64,000 nucleotides of DNA from Geobacter sp. (GTDB lineage Bacteria; Desulfobacterota; Desulfuromonadia; Geobacterales; Geobacteraceae). This document shows, one piece after another, positions 29,763 to 39,980 of this stretch (positions within the stretch are counted from its first letter, which is position 1; each line of letters begins with the position of its first letter). The DNA lies in contig DNRQ01000007.1 of NCBI GenBank assembly GCA_003499925.1, positions 2,404 to 66,403 on the forward strand. Reading direction: 5' to 3'. The notes beneath the pieces are model-generated. The model did no database searches. It was not told where the DNA came from and worked only from the letters and a program-made list of their open reading frames with translations. Both the position numbers and the translations under genes were made by a program.

Positions 29763-31085
29763 GTGAAATTCCCGATTTCTGAACAGATACTCCGGGTCCA
29801 CCCGCCACCGATATCCGAGGTGAAGGGATGGCTCGCCGAGGCGGAGCCGGGGCTTCCCCTGATCGATCTCTGTCAGGCGGTGCCGGATTATCCTCCGCCC
29901 AAGGAACTGGTCGACCATCTGGCGCAGGTGATGGCTGACCCGCAGACCTCACGCTACAGCCCCGACGAGGGGCTGCCCGAGGTGCGCGAGGCGGTCTGCG
30001 CGGGGTATGGCAGCCTCTACGGCGCCTGCATCAACCCGCGGCAGATCTGTCTCACGGTCGGCGCCAGCCAGGCCTTCTGGCTCGCCATGGTGACCCTGTG
30101 CCGGGCAGGCGACGAGGTCGTCGTGCAACTGCCGGCCTATTTCGACCACCCGATGGCTCTGGAAATGCTGGGCATCCGCTGCGTCTACGCCCCCTTCGAT
30201 GCAGCGACCGGCGGGGTTCCCAGCCCGGCAGCCCTTTCCCGGTTGATTACCGCAAGAACCAGGGCCATCCTCCTGGTCACCCCGAGCAATCCTACCGGTG
30301 CGGTCATCCCGCCGGAAACCGTGCGTGAACTCTACCAGTTGGCCGCCCGGCGCAACATCGCCCTGGTGCTCGACGAGACCTACAACAGCTTCATCACCGG
30401 CGGCGTTCGCCCCCACGACCTCTTCGCCGAAGCCAGCTGGGGCGAACATCTGGTGCAGATCGCATCCTTCGGCAAGACCTTTGCCCTTACCGGCTACCGG
30501 GCCGGGATGCTGGCGGCGTCGGAGGAGTTCGTGAGCCATGCGCTGAAGGCCCAGGATACCATGGCGGTCTGTCAGCCGCGCATCACCCAGCACGCCATCA
30601 AGTACGGCATGGAACATCTGGGTGAATGGGTGGCGGGAAACCGGATCATGATGGAGCGCCGGCACGACATATTCAAGGAGGAGTTCAGCCGGCCCGGAAA
30701 CCCGTTCCGCCTGGTAACCAGCGGGCCGTTCTTCGGCTGGGTCCGGCATCCCTTCGCCGGGTCCGCCGGCCGGCAGACCAGCCGAAGCCTCAGCGAAGGC
30801 CGGCAAACAAGCCGAAGCCTCAGCGAAGGCCGGCAAACAAGCCGAAGCCTCAGCGAAGGCCGGCAAACAAGCCGAAGCCTCAGCGAAGGCCGGCACGTCA
30901 GCCGAAGCTTAAGCGAAGGCCGGGAGGTGGCCCGGCGCCTGGTGCTGGAGTCCGGCATACTGCTGCTTCCCGGAGAGGTGTTCGGGCCCGGATTGGCAGG
31001 TTACCTGCGGCTTGCCTTTGGCAACATCCGCGAGGAGAGCATCCCGGAGGCGGTGGCGCGGTTCAGGGAGTTTCCCGTGCCGTGA
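29763..31085 (+). CDS. PLP-dependent aminotransferase class I/II carrying a 50-aa repeat insertion
   Basis: GGAGG then GTG; TPSNPTG, LDETY, SFGKTFALTGYRAG, LPGEVFG..YLRL. Confidence 0.9.
   Translation: MKFPISEQILRVHPPPISEVKGWLAEAEPGLPLIDLCQAVPDYPPPKELVDHLAQVMADPQTSRYSPDEGLPEVREAVCAGYGSLYGACINPRQICLTVGASQAFWLAMVTLCRAGDEVVVQLPAYFDHPMALEMLGIRCVYAPFDAATGGVPSPAALSRLITARTRAILLVTPSNPTGAVIPPETVRELYQLAARRNIALVLDETYNSFITGGVRPHDLFAEASWGEHLVQIASFGKTFALTGYRAGMLAASEEFVSHALKAQDTMAVCQPRITQHAIKYGMEHLGEWVAGNRIMMERRHDIFKEEFSRPGNPFRLVTSGPFFGWVRHPFAGSAGRQTSRSLSEGRQTSRSLSEGRQTSRSLSEGRQTSRSLSEGRHVSRSLSEGREVARRLVLESGILLLPGEVFGPGLAGYLRLAFGNIREESIPEAVARFREFPVP
30768..30923 (+). repeat. Five in-frame 30-bp tandem units inside the aminotransferase
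   Basis: Unit GGCCGGCAAACAAGCCGAAGCCTCAGCGAA; peptide GRQTSRSLSE x4 plus GRHVSRSLSE. Confidence 0.95.
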
Positions 31086-31208
31086 GGAAGTTTGGCGGTG
31101 CGGTCCGGGCGACCGGCCGGTCGCCCCGGACTCCCTCATGGCCACGGCTGGAAGCTTGTTCATCCAACTGGTCATATGGTAAACTAATATTATTAGGAGG
31201 TTACCATT

Positions 31209-31349
31209 ATGACAACGTTAGTGCTCGTAATACTGGCGATCATAACCACCATTCTGACCCTATGGTTTGTGGTGATTCCTGCCGGCGTACTGGTAGGTTC
31301 CTTCGCCGCGTTTCGCCATGGCGGCTGGAAAGGTTGGAGGAGACATTAG
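31209..31349 (+). CDS. 46-aa hydrophobic small membrane protein (not in the ORF track)
   Basis: AGGAGG RBS; MTTLVLVILAIITTILTLWFVVIPAGVLVGSFAAFRHGGWKGWRRH. Confidence 0.65.
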   Translation: MTTLVLVILAIITTILTLWFVVIPAGVLVGSFAAFRHGGWKGWRRH

Positions 31350-31413
31350 CACCCCTTACCCTCTTGTTGACTCCTTCGCCGTAGCGGAAGGCGATCGGAA
31401 GCGGAGCGGAATT

Positions 31414-31504
31414 AAAAAGGCCCTTGGCAAATTGCCAAGGGCCTTTTCTGGTCTGGTCGAGTGAGAGGAGTAGGCCTCCTGCTCCCCGAGCCGACGCACT
31501 GGCA
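31414..31504 (-). repeat. Array boundary 6: terminator hairpin plus heavily decayed tRNA-Pro 3' copy
   Basis: AAAAAGGCCCTTGGC-AAATT-GCCAAGGGCCTTTT (31414-31447), then TGGTCGAGTGAGAGGA..GGCCTCCTGCTCCCCGAGC..GCACTGGCA from 31454, with an internal deletion. Confidence 0.65.
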
Positions 31505-31676
31505 GTTGGCACGATCCGGGATGTAGGTCACTATCAAATACCCTTGAATTCCCTGCCGGCAGCGGTATAGTTGGAAAGTTCCTATGTTGGGAGGAGTTTT
31601 GTGCGTATAATCAGGTACTTAAGGCTGGGGCCGCAGTCGGGTGAGCGCGGACGGTCCCCAGCCACAGGAGGAAGCG

Positions 31677-34600
31677 ATGGGAACATCCAGGTACGACACC
31701 CGAAGCATGAGCAGCAGCCGTGGAACAGGGAACAGGTTGTCCGGATTGGCAGCAGCGCTCCTTTTATTTGCCGTTGTCTTCGCTGCTTTCGCATCACCTG
31801 CCTGCGCCGTCTATCCGCAGGTGTCGGCAGGTCAGTACCACACCCTGGTCCTGCGCTCCGACGGGACGGTATGGGCCTGGGGGGACAACGGGGAGGGCCA
31901 GCTCGGCAGGGAACCGTTTCTACCCAGCGCCACTCCCGTGCAGGTACCGATGCTCTCCGGGGTGACTGCGGTATCGGCCGGAGCGCGGCACAACCTGGTC
32001 CTGAAAAGTGACGGGACGGTCTGGGCCTGGGGGGGCAACTTCGCCGGTGAACTCGGCATCGACAGCGGTACCGACAGGTCCGACATCCCCCTGCGGGTGG
32101 GGGCGCTCACCCAGGTGACCAGGGTTTCAGCCGGACGATACTTCGGCATGGCCCTCAAAAGCAACGGCACCGTCTGGGCCTGGGGCTGGAACTACTTCGG
32201 CCAGTTGGGCAACGACAGTACAACCGACAGCGTTGCACCCGTGCAGGTGACGGGGCTTACCGGGGTTGTCGCGATTGCCGCAGGAATGCAGCACAGCTTG
32301 GCTCTCAAAAGCGACGGTACCGTCTGGGCCTGGGGGGGCGGGATCCTCGGTAACGGCACGACGACCGGCAGCAAGGTCCCGGTCCAGGTGTCGGGGCTTA
32401 CCAGCGTCACCCGCATCGCCGCAGGAGAGGAGCACAGCCTCGCCGTTAAAAGCGACGGAAGCGCCTGGAGTTGGGGCGGGAATGGCAGGGGGCAGTTGGG
32501 TGACGGCACGACGACCGCCAGCCTCACTCCGGTGCAGGTGCCAGGGCTCGGCGGGGTTGCCGGCATCACTGCCGCCGGCGGCTACTCCATCGCCCTGAAA
32601 ACCGACGGGACGGTCTGGAGCTGGGGCTTCAACAACCTCGGGTGGCTCGGCACCGGTAACACCACCAGCAGCCCTGTGCCGCTTCAGGTGTCCGGGCTGC
32701 CGGAGATACTCAACGTGTCCGCTGGAGAGAGCCACGTCGTGGCGCAGGGAAGGGACGGGTCGGTCTGGGGGTGGGGTGAAAACCGGTTCGGCGAGTTCGG
32801 AAACGGCAGCTACGATTACAGCGCGACGCCGGTACAGATCACAGGACTGCCACCGGTAGCGGCCGTGGCGGCTGGCGCTGCCAACTGCTTCACCCTGAAC
32901 AAGGACACCTCGGTGTCGGCCTGGGGAGGCAACATCGTAGGCCAGTTGGGAAACGGCAACAATAGCGGCAGCATCTCGCCACTCCGGGTGCCGGGGTTCT
33001 ACGGGGTGACATCCCTCAGCCCGGGTTTCGGCCACGTGGCGGCCCTGAAGAGCGACCGCACCGTCTGGACCTGGGGAGTCAACAGGGAGGGGCAGTTGGG
33101 CAACGGCAGCGTCTTCGAAAGCAGCAGCACCCCCCTCCAGGTGCCGGGTCTCGGGGGGGTTGCCGCCATTTCCGCCGGATATGACCATACCGTGGTGCGC
33201 AAAAGCGACGGAACCGTGTGGGCCTGGGGAGACGACAGCTCCGGTGAACTCGGTAACGGTCCCGGCAGCTCGTACAGCGCGGTACCGCTGGAGGTGTCGG
33301 CCCTGCCCACGGTCAGCACGGTTGCTGCGGGGTCGCATGCCAGCTTCGCGCAAGACGAGGACGGCCAGTTGTGGGGGTGGGGCAGCCACAACTTCGGCAA
33401 CATCGAAAGCGACATCCCCACCAGGCTTTTGGGGGTAAGCGGTGTGACCGCTGTCGGATCAGGACCCGACTTCACCCTGCTGCTGAAACCGGATGGGACG
33501 GTATGGGCCTGGGGGGATAATGTCTTCGGCGAGCTCGGCAACGGCACCAATGACATCAGCTATACCCCGCTGCAGGTACCGGGGCTCGCCGGGATTGTCG
33601 ACCTGCAGGCAGGGGGCTGGTTCAGCCTGGCCCTGAAGGCGGACGGGACGGTATGGGCCTGGGGACTCAACAACTACGGCCAGCTGGGTGACGGCACCAC
33701 CCTCGACAGCCCGCTTCCGGTGCCGGTCCAGGGGCTCACCGACGTGATCGCCATCTCGGCCGGCCAGGCAACCTCGCTTGCCCTGAAGGCTGACGGGACC
33801 GTGTGGGGATGGGGGAAAAACAGCGAGGCCCAGCTCGCCTACAACCCCGGGTGGTCACCCGTGAAGTCGCTTATGGACGTGGGGGTCATAGAGTACGCCA
33901 TGAGCGGGACGGTGAGGTCCGGAAGCGCGACAGGCCCTGGACTCCCCGGTGTGACGGTCTCCATTGCCGGCAAGAGCGTTACCACGAGCAGCACAGGGAC
34001 CTTCAGCATCACCGCCATCCCTCCAGGATCCTACACCCTCACCATTTCCAAGTTCGGTTATATCAAAAAGGCCTACGGCAGCTATCTCGTCGACAGAAAC
34101 AGAAGCGGAATGATCTTATATCTGGTTCAGGCGCCGGTGTACAACATGAGCGGTACCGTGCGCGCGGGGAGCAGCAGCGGCCCCGGCCTTCCCGGCGCCG
34201 TCGTCACGATCGCCGGCCAGTCGGTCACGACAACCAGCACCGGGACCTTCAACATCTCCGGCATTCCGTCCGGGAGCTACCCCCTCACCATCTCAAAATC
34301 CGGTTACCTCACCAAGACCTACGCCGTCTACGCCGTCAACAGCAGCACCAACAGAATCGGGGTCGTTTTCTACCTTACCCCGGTGCCGACCTACTCCCTG
34401 GCCGGCACCGTGCGCGACGGAAGCAGCCGCGGCCCCGTGCTTCCCGGCGCCCTCGTTTCGATCGCCGGCCGGTCCGCGACGACCACCGGCACCGGGAGCT
34501 TCAGCGTCTCAGGAATCCCGCAGGGGACCTACACCATCACCATTTCCAAAGCCGGGTATGTCACCAAGAGCTACAGCGGCTACACGGTCAACAGCAACTG

Positions 34601-35219
34601 GAGCGGCCTCCTGTTTTACCTGGCTCCGGTGCCTAGGTACCTCATCAGCGGAGTCGTCCTCACCGGGAGCAGCAGCGGCGCGCCGCTCGCCGGGGCGGCC
34701 GTCTCCATCGCCGGGATGACCGCTACCACCAGCCTCACCGGGGCCTTCCACATCTACGGCATCCCGGCCGGGACCTACACCCTGAGCATCAGCAAGAGCG
34801 GGTATGCCACCAAGTCCTATGCAGGATACCTCGTCAACAGCAACAAGAGCGGGTTGGTCTTCTTCCTCCTGCCGACCTACTCCGTGAGCGGCACGGTGCG
34901 CGCAGAAAACGGCACCGGTCCGCTGTTGGCAGGGGTGACCGTCACCATCGCAAACTTCACGGCCACGACCAACAGCGCCGGTGCGTTCAGCTTTTCCGCC
35001 ATCCCGGCCGGGACCCACACGATTACCCTCAGGAAGGAGGGGTATGAAACGGTGGTCGCCACAGGCTTGGTCGTGAATGGCAACCGGAGCGGACTGCCGT
35101 TCTACATGCACCAGATGGTCTCTTTCCTGCGAGACAAAGAGGGGGGCCGCGGGTGGGCGGTGGCAGGGAATCCCGTTGCGGCAGGGAGGCGGTTCGAGAC
35201 AGGCGTGACTGCGACCTGA
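31677..35219 (+). CDS. Secreted RCC1-repeat protein with five C-terminal carboxypeptidase-regulatory-like beta-sandwich repeats
   Basis: Signal-like hydrophobic segment; about 14 repeats of ALKSDGTVWAWGxNxxGQLG; five YxxSGTVR..GxxVSIAG units; AGGAGG before ATG 31677. Confidence 0.88.
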   Translation: MGTSRYDTRSMSSSRGTGNRLSGLAAALLLFAVVFAAFASPACAVYPQVSAGQYHTLVLRSDGTVWAWGDNGEGQLGREPFLPSATPVQVPMLSGVTAVSAGARHNLVLKSDGTVWAWGGNFAGELGIDSGTDRSDIPLRVGALTQVTRVSAGRYFGMALKSNGTVWAWGWNYFGQLGNDSTTDSVAPVQVTGLTGVVAIAAGMQHSLALKSDGTVWAWGGGILGNGTTTGSKVPVQVSGLTSVTRIAAGEEHSLAVKSDGSAWSWGGNGRGQLGDGTTTASLTPVQVPGLGGVAGITAAGGYSIALKTDGTVWSWGFNNLGWLGTGNTTSSPVPLQVSGLPEILNVSAGESHVVAQGRDGSVWGWGENRFGEFGNGSYDYSATPVQITGLPPVAAVAAGAANCFTLNKDTSVSAWGGNIVGQLGNGNNSGSISPLRVPGFYGVTSLSPGFGHVAALKSDRTVWTWGVNREGQLGNGSVFESSSTPLQVPGLGGVAAISAGYDHTVVRKSDGTVWAWGDDSSGELGNGPGSSYSAVPLEVSALPTVSTVAAGSHASFAQDEDGQLWGWGSHNFGNIESDIPTRLLGVSGVTAVGSGPDFTLLLKPDGTVWAWGDNVFGELGNGTNDISYTPLQVPGLAGIVDLQAGGWFSLALKADGTVWAWGLNNYGQLGDGTTLDSPLPVPVQGLTDVIAISAGQATSLALKADGTVWGWGKNSEAQLAYNPGWSPVKSLMDVGVIEYAMSGTVRSGSATGPGLPGVTVSIAGKSVTTSSTGTFSITAIPPGSYTLTISKFGYIKKAYGSYLVDRNRSGMILYLVQAPVYNMSGTVRAGSSSGPGLPGAVVTIAGQSVTTTSTGTFNISGIPSGSYPLTISKSGYLTKTYAVYAVNSSTNRIGVVFYLTPVPTYSLAGTVRDGSSRGPVLPGALVSIAGRSATTTGTGSFSVSGIPQGTYTITISKAGYVTKSYSGYTVNSNWSGLLFYLAPVPRYLISGVVLTGSSSGAPLAGAAVSIAGMTATTSLTGAFHIYGIPAGTYTLSISKSGYATKSYAGYLVNSNKSGLVFFLLPTYSVSGTVRAENGTGPLLAGVTVTIANFTATTNSAGAFSFSAIPAGTHTITLRKEGYETVVATGLVVNGNRSGLPFYMHQMVSFLRDKEGGRGWAVAGNPVAAGRRFETGVTAT

Positions 35220-35402
35220 CCGGGCAGATCGGCAAAGAACGGGGCGCAGATCGGAGCAGACAAAGCCCGGGACGGCGGCGCGAGAAGGCCGACGGCAGAG
35301 GCAGCCAGGGGCGGGGGGGCGTGCGACAGGGGGAGCGTCGGGGAGCGACTCTCTCTTTGGCTGTGCAAGGTGAGTTGTCGCAGGCTGTAGCGGTAAAACA
35401 AC

Positions 35403-35494
35403 AAAGGCCCCTGGCTGCTTGCCAAGGGCCTTTTCCCATATGGTCGGAATGAGAGGATGCGAAGCTCCGGCTCCCGTGCTCCCGACGCTCGTGC
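35403..35494 (-). repeat. Array boundary 5: terminator hairpin plus degenerate tRNA-Pro 3' copy
   Basis: Hairpin 35403-35434; 35441-35494 aligns to the tRNA with the first 18 nt identical, about 6 substitutions and 1 insertion. Confidence 0.85.
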
Positions 35495-35551
35495 AGCAGC
35501 GAAACCGGCGCTGCCATCTGCGGAGTCGATCCGACAGCGACCTTTTCGGCT

Positions 35552-38500
35552 TTACCTCAGCATCAGACGATCAACCCTTACTGTGCCATCTCGAATCAGC
35601 AGTCGCCCCTTTACCGCCGTGCGGCCCGAGTTCAGGCCAAAGCCGGCGTCGTATCCGCCCATGAATAAGATACGGATGTTCCGACCCAGGATCAGTTCGG
35701 GATTTTCGAATAAGATTGCCCGTGCCTGGATGACTGCGTTGTCTGCGGCTTCGGCGTACGCGGCGGAAAACAGGCGGTAGCTTGCTCCCCCCAATATCCT
35801 CAGCCGCGGAGCGGTGTTAAAGGTTGCCGTCACCGTTTTACTGCTCTCCATGGAAAGCTCACAAGTGTTGCCGGTAGCGATGCATGCGCCGCTCCAACCG
35901 CCCGTGAGGGAGTTGGCATCCGGGGTTGCCGTCAGGGTCACCATAGTGTTCTCCATAAACTCCGCCGACGAACAAGTTGTCCCGCTAACGCAGGACATGC
36001 TGCCGTTAACCGAGCCCGCCCCTGTTCCGGCCAAGGTGAGACTTAAGGTATAGGAGGCAATCGGAGTGACACTGGCTGAAGGCGCTGAGGCCGCACCCGC
36101 TCCAGCAGAGTTGAATGCCTTTACCGTGAAGGTGTATGCGGTGCCGTTGGTCAGCCCGGTGACTGTGATCGGGCTGGCAGTGCCCGCCGTTATGAGGTTG
36201 CCTGGATCAGAGGTTACAGTAAAAGAAGTGATGCTACCGCCGCCGTCGGCTGCCGGGGCGGTGAAGGAAACCGTTGCCAGGGCATTGCCTGCTATCCCTG
36301 AAACCCCTGTGGGTGCGCCGGGAACGGTAACCGTGTCGATTACATATTCCTGGCTCGCCGCGCCGCTCGCATTGCCATTAGGATCTACGGCGTAGTACTT
36401 CAGCGTCGTGCTAGCGGTAATGGTGAGTTGCCCCGTGGTGCTGAAGCTGTGCCGGGTGGCGCTGGTCGTAGGGTCGGAGCCGTCGGTGGTATAGTAGGTC
36501 GTGGCCGGCTCGTTGGCGGAAAGGGTGACGGCCCGGGCCGAGATGTAGCTGCCGCCAGACGGCGAAGCGGTCACAACAGGGATGATGCTTTCAATAACCT
36601 TCCTGATGCGGTTGCCGTCGGCGAGGTAGAGGTTCCCGGCGCTGTCCACGGCCACGTTGTGGGCATAATACAGGCTCGCCGAGGTCGCCGCGATGTTGTC
36701 ACCGGAATAGCCCCACGAACCGCTCCCCGCCACTGTGGTTATGATCCCGGTCCCGGCGTCTACCTTGCGGATACGGGAATTGTAATAATCGGCGATATAG
36801 AGGTTCCCGCCGCTATCAACGGCAATGTCCCAAGGGCGATTTAAGCTAGCGGCGATCGCCGCTCCGTTGTCACCTGAATATGAAAGCCTCCCGTTCCCCG
36901 CCGCGGTGGTTATGACCCCTGTACTGGCAGTCACCTTCCGGATACGGTTATCTGTCGGATCGGCGATATAGAGGTTCCCGCCGCTGTCCACGGCTACGCC
37001 GTAGGGCTGAGATAAGCTCGCCTCGGTTGCCGAGCCGTTGTCACCGGAATATTGTTTTGTCCCGTTCCCCGCGACTGTGGTGATGATCCCCGAACTGGCA
37101 GTCACCTTGCGGATGCGGTAATTTGCCGTATCCGCGATGTATAGGTTCCCGGCGCTGTCAACGGCTACACCATGTGGATAGGCCAAGCTCGCCTCGGTTG
37201 CCGCGACGTTGTCGCCGGAAAATCCGGACGTACCGTTCCCTGCCACTGTGGTGATGATCCCGGTACCGGCGTCCACCTTGCGGATACGGTGATTGGATCT
37301 GTCGGCTATGTAGAGGTTCCCGGCTCTGTCCACGGCTAAGCCATCGGGATAGTTCAGTCCCGACGCGGTTGCCGCGACATTGTCGCCGGAAAATCCTCGA
37401 GTTCCGTTCCCTGCCACCGTTGTGATAATCCCAGTCACGGCGTCCACCTTCCGGATGGCCGGATCAAGTTCCGAATCGGCGATGTAGAGGTTCCCGGTCT
37501 GATCCACTGCCACGCCCCGGGGAGAGCTCAGAGCCGCCGCAGTTGCCAGGCCGTTATCGCCCCATTTCCCGTTCCCGGCCAGCGTTGTGATAATCCCGGT
37601 ACCGGCGGTCACCTTCCTGAGACGGTCATTGTTCGAATCGGAGATGTAGAGGTTGCCGGAGCTGTCAACGGCTACGCCTGAGGGATAACTCAGGCTCGCC
37701 CCGGTCGCCGGTCCGTTGTCGCCGGAATATCCTCGAGCCAGGTTCCCCGCGACGGTGGTGATAATCCCGGTCCCGGCGTCCACCTTCCGGATGCGGTTAT
37801 TTTCTAAATCGGAGATGTAGAGGTTGCCGGCGCTGTCCACGGCCAAGCCTGAGGGATAATCCAGGCTCGCCCCGGTCGCCGGTCCGTTGTCGCCGGAATA
37901 TCCTGGAGCCCCGCTTCCCGCGACGGTGGTGATGATCCCTGTCTCGATGGCCACCTTCCGGACCACATGTTTGGTATACTCGGCGATGTAGAGGTTGCCG
38001 GCGCTGTCCACGGCTACGCTCCGGGGATTATTCAGGCTCGTTGCGGTTGCTACGCCGGTGCCGCCGGGATCTCCTTGAATTCCGTTCCCCGCGACGGTGG
38101 TGATGATCCCAGTTCCGGCGGTTACCTTCCGGATGCGGTAATTTCCCGTTTCGGCTATGTACAGGTTCCCTTCGCTGTCCACGGCCACGCCGTAGGGATT
38201 ATTCAGGCTCGCATCGGTTGCCGCACTGTTGTCGCCGGAAAATCCTTGAGTTCCGTTCCCCGCCACGGTGGTCATAATCCCAGTACTGCCGTCCACCTTC
38301 CTTATACGTTGGCTACCCCATTCAGCTATATAGAGGTTCCCGGCGCTGTCCACGGCTACGGCTGAGGTATAACTTAGGCTAGCCGCGGTCGCTGCGACGT
38401 TCTCATTGGGATCTCCTACCTTCCCGCCCCCTGCCACGGTGGTCATGACCCCAGTCTCAGCGGACACCTTCCGGACCAGGCTGCCTGTCAAAATATAGAT

Positions 38501-38668
38501 GTTTCCGGCGCTGTCCACGGCGACGGCTTTGGGGTTATACAGGGAGGTTACGCCGGCTCCTCCACCTGCAATCGTGACAATGTCACCAGGGGAGGCGTGC
38601 CCTATATCAGGAGCCAGCCCGAGTAATATGGCGCAAATCAGAGTAATTACTGTACGTAATCCTTTCAT
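35552..38668 (-). CDS. Secreted NHL-repeat protein with chitobiase-like, FN3 and InlB-B-like domains
   Basis: Signal peptide; about 12 repeats of PxGVAVDSAGNLYIAD..RIRKV..GIITTVAG; YYTTDGSDP; PGAPT..GLTNGTAYTFTV; VTLTATPD..GWSGAC. Confidence 0.9.
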   Translation of the reverse strand: MKGLRTVITLICAILLGLAPDIGHASPGDIVTIAGGGAGVTSLYNPKAVAVDSAGNIYILTGSLVRKVSAETGVMTTVAGGGKVGDPNENVAATAASLSYTSAVAVDSAGNLYIAEWGSQRIRKVDGSTGIMTTVAGNGTQGFSGDNSAATDASLNNPYGVAVDSEGNLYIAETGNYRIRKVTAGTGIITTVAGNGIQGDPGGTGVATATSLNNPRSVAVDSAGNLYIAEYTKHVVRKVAIETGIITTVAGSGAPGYSGDNGPATGASLDYPSGLAVDSAGNLYISDLENNRIRKVDAGTGIITTVAGNLARGYSGDNGPATGASLSYPSGVAVDSSGNLYISDSNNDRLRKVTAGTGIITTLAGNGKWGDNGLATAAALSSPRGVAVDQTGNLYIADSELDPAIRKVDAVTGIITTVAGNGTRGFSGDNVAATASGLNYPDGLAVDRAGNLYIADRSNHRIRKVDAGTGIITTVAGNGTSGFSGDNVAATEASLAYPHGVAVDSAGNLYIADTANYRIRKVTASSGIITTVAGNGTKQYSGDNGSATEASLSQPYGVAVDSGGNLYIADPTDNRIRKVTASTGVITTAAGNGRLSYSGDNGAAIAASLNRPWDIAVDSGGNLYIADYYNSRIRKVDAGTGIITTVAGSGSWGYSGDNIAATSASLYYAHNVAVDSAGNLYLADGNRIRKVIESIIPVVTASPSGGSYISARAVTLSANEPATTYYTTDGSDPTTSATRHSFSTTGQLTITASTTLKYYAVDPNGNASGAASQEYVIDTVTVPGAPTGVSGIAGNALATVSFTAPAADGGGSITSFTVTSDPGNLITAGTASPITVTGLTNGTAYTFTVKAFNSAGAGAASAPSASVTPIASYTLSLTLAGTGAGSVNGSMSCVSGTTCSSAEFMENTMVTLTATPDANSLTGGWSGACIATGNTCELSMESSKTVTATFNTAPRLRILGGASYRLFSAAYAEAADNAVIQARAILFENPELILGRNIRILFMGGYDAGFGLNSGRTAVKGRLLIRDGTVRVDRLMLR

Positions 38669-39253
38669 AATCCGGATCCCTCCCGTTCAGTGCAATAATG
38701 CTGGCAGTTCAAGTAAGCATAAAAGCGCTTTTATATTCAAATAAATTTTTCTCACATAAGGGTTGCAGCGTTCACCTTGTTTGAAATTTCCCGCAGTGAG
38801 GCTGAATTGGTTTATTTGCCGGCCTTATCCTTGAATGCGCTGGATTTTACCGGGCATATGGAAGGGATACAACAATAAAGATGGCAGGGGGATGTTTTTA
38901 GACTTTTTTCGCTCCCATGTCGTTGGCCGATTTCAAAGGGTACCCCGTCATCGACCCTCAACTCGACCCAAGTCAGAACGGATATCCATCACGGGAGAGC
39001 AAATGCCGATGCGTGCCACCGGCCTGGTTTCCAAATGTTTGCGCGGAAGCACTATGGGAAGGGTACCCGGAAAAGGATTCGAGAGACCGGAGCAGCGAGT
39101 CCGGGAGTCGTGCCATCGGCGGAGGAGGACTATTCCCGCGAACTGTCGGTGGAGAAGCAAACGTAACAGGTTGGGATCGTCGGGGGGATGGGGGGCGGAA
39201 ATGAAAACATCCGAGGTGAGGAAAGGAATATTCTTCGCGGACCGGAGCCCCAC

Positions 39254-39346
39254 AAAAAAAGGCCACTGATTTTTGTCAGGGCCTTTTCTAATATGGTCGG
39301 AATGAGAGGATTCGAACCTCCGGCCCCCTGCTCCCGAAGCAGGTGC
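39254..39346 (-). repeat. Array boundary 4: terminator hairpin plus exact 53-nt tRNA-Pro 3' copy
   Basis: Hairpin 39254-39287; 39294-39346 identical to 43752-43804. Confidence 0.95.
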
Positions 39347-39378
39347 AGTAGCAATTCCGGACCTCGCAACGATCGTTT

Positions 39379-39660
39379 TCAGACAACCCTGATTTCGACT
39401 TTGCCGTTGACAGCCTGAGCATACCGTTTCAGCGACCTAAGGCTAGGCAAAGGATGCCCGGATTCAAGGCGCGCAACGACAGACTGTGTTGTGCCCATGC
39501 GTTTTGCAACCTCATCCTGGGTCAGATGTGCCTTTTTCCGGGCTTCGATGAGCTGTGAGGCAAGTGCGAACTCGTCCTCAAGTTCGACAAATTCAACTCG
39601 AAATTCTTCGTCTTTCAAGAGTTCCTCTTTCACTTCCGACATTTTCCTACCCATGTTCAA
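39379..39660 (-). CDS. HigA-like XRE/HTH antitoxin
   Basis: ARKKAHLTQDEVAKRMGTTQSVVARLESG..PSLRSL; directly downstream of a RelE-like toxin; start may be ATG 39654. Confidence 0.88.
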   Translation of the reverse strand: MNMGRKMSEVKEELLKDEEFRVEFVELEDEFALASQLIEARKKAHLTQDEVAKRMGTTQSVVARLESGHPLPSLRSLKRYAQAVNGKVEIRVV

Positions 39661-39980
39661 TCTCCTTCATCCGTGACAATGCCAGTGCAACTTCGCCCGG
39701 CGGTGTCTTTTGGGTCTTCTTCACAAATACCCGTAGAATAACGACTCGTCTGCCAACCACAGTAACATAGAGTGCCCGAGCAATCCCTGACATGCTTTTA
39801 CCCCGGATCTCCCAGAGCTTATCCTGAAGATGACGAACATAAGGCATGCCTAAATTCTCAAGACCGTGGTACTCGATCAAATCCGCAATGCGCACCAAAC
39901 GAGCCTGAAGATCCTTGGGAATGGAAAGGAACTCGGCTTCAACCGCATCATCCAAAAACGACCGTCCATACGCTTTTCAT
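39647..39980 (-). pseudogene. HigB/RelE-like (Gp49-type) toxin, apparently frameshifted near its 5' end
   Basis: Body GMPYVRHLQDKLWEIR..ARALY..FVKKTQKTP (TTG 39955 to 39647); the family-like N-terminus MKSVWTV from ATG 39980 is in another frame and stops after 10 codons. Confidence 0.7.

Noticed and set aside
30768..30923. CRISPR array
   Set aside because: Contiguous near-identical 30-mers with no unique spacers, in frame within a gene.
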